A stretch of DNA of 64,000 nucleotides from Chiloscyllium plagiosum (lineage: Eukaryota), in NCBI RefSeq assembly GCF_004010195.1, contig NC_057719.1:71676800-71740799 (forward strand). The letters run 5' to 3'. Shown piece by piece: positions 63,837-64,000 of the stretch (within the stretch, counting starts at the first letter, position 1; every line of letters begins with the position of its first letter). Below the pieces are notes generated by a model. It made no database searches, was not told the origin of the DNA, and saw only the letters and a program-made list of their open reading frames with translations. The position numbers and the translations under genes were made by a program.

Positions 63837-64000
63837 TTGTGGATGGCTGTTTTCACCGTCTCACAATGACAAAGAACAGTTTCACAGAGAGCAGTTTACT
63901 AAAAACCTGGTACATTGTCCAGATCCGCACAGACGTGTTGTTTCGCCTTCACTTTGGAACCGCAAAACAATTATCACAACTCAGCAAACTGTCCAGCAAG

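Overview
Eukaryotic, repeat-rich, apparently gene-free (intergenic or intronic) vertebrate DNA. The repeat inventory (HE1-like and Deu-type tRNA SINEs, many CR1 LINEs, Penelope-like hairpin termini) points to a cartilaginous fish, probably a shark; this is inference. No host protein-coding exon can be supported. Main content: a full-length but decayed L1-clade LINE (4471-12284) with target-site duplication and two nested insertions; about ten CR1/L2 fragments, one with an SGNH-esterase ORF1; Penelope-like elements whose termini carry hammerhead-ribozyme cores; fossil pogo and Harbinger DNA transposons; two long inverted-repeat structures; several local duplications; two assembly gaps. The most unusual structure is 50339-53166: a solo LTR expanded to about 2.8 kb by a stack of same-orientation retroposon insertions, almost all bounded by one motif (AACCAGGGGA), which suggests a site-specific retrotransposon/SINE system targeting the promoter of another transposon. 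Family names come from motif recognition by eye, not database searches, and coordinates of old fragments are approximate.
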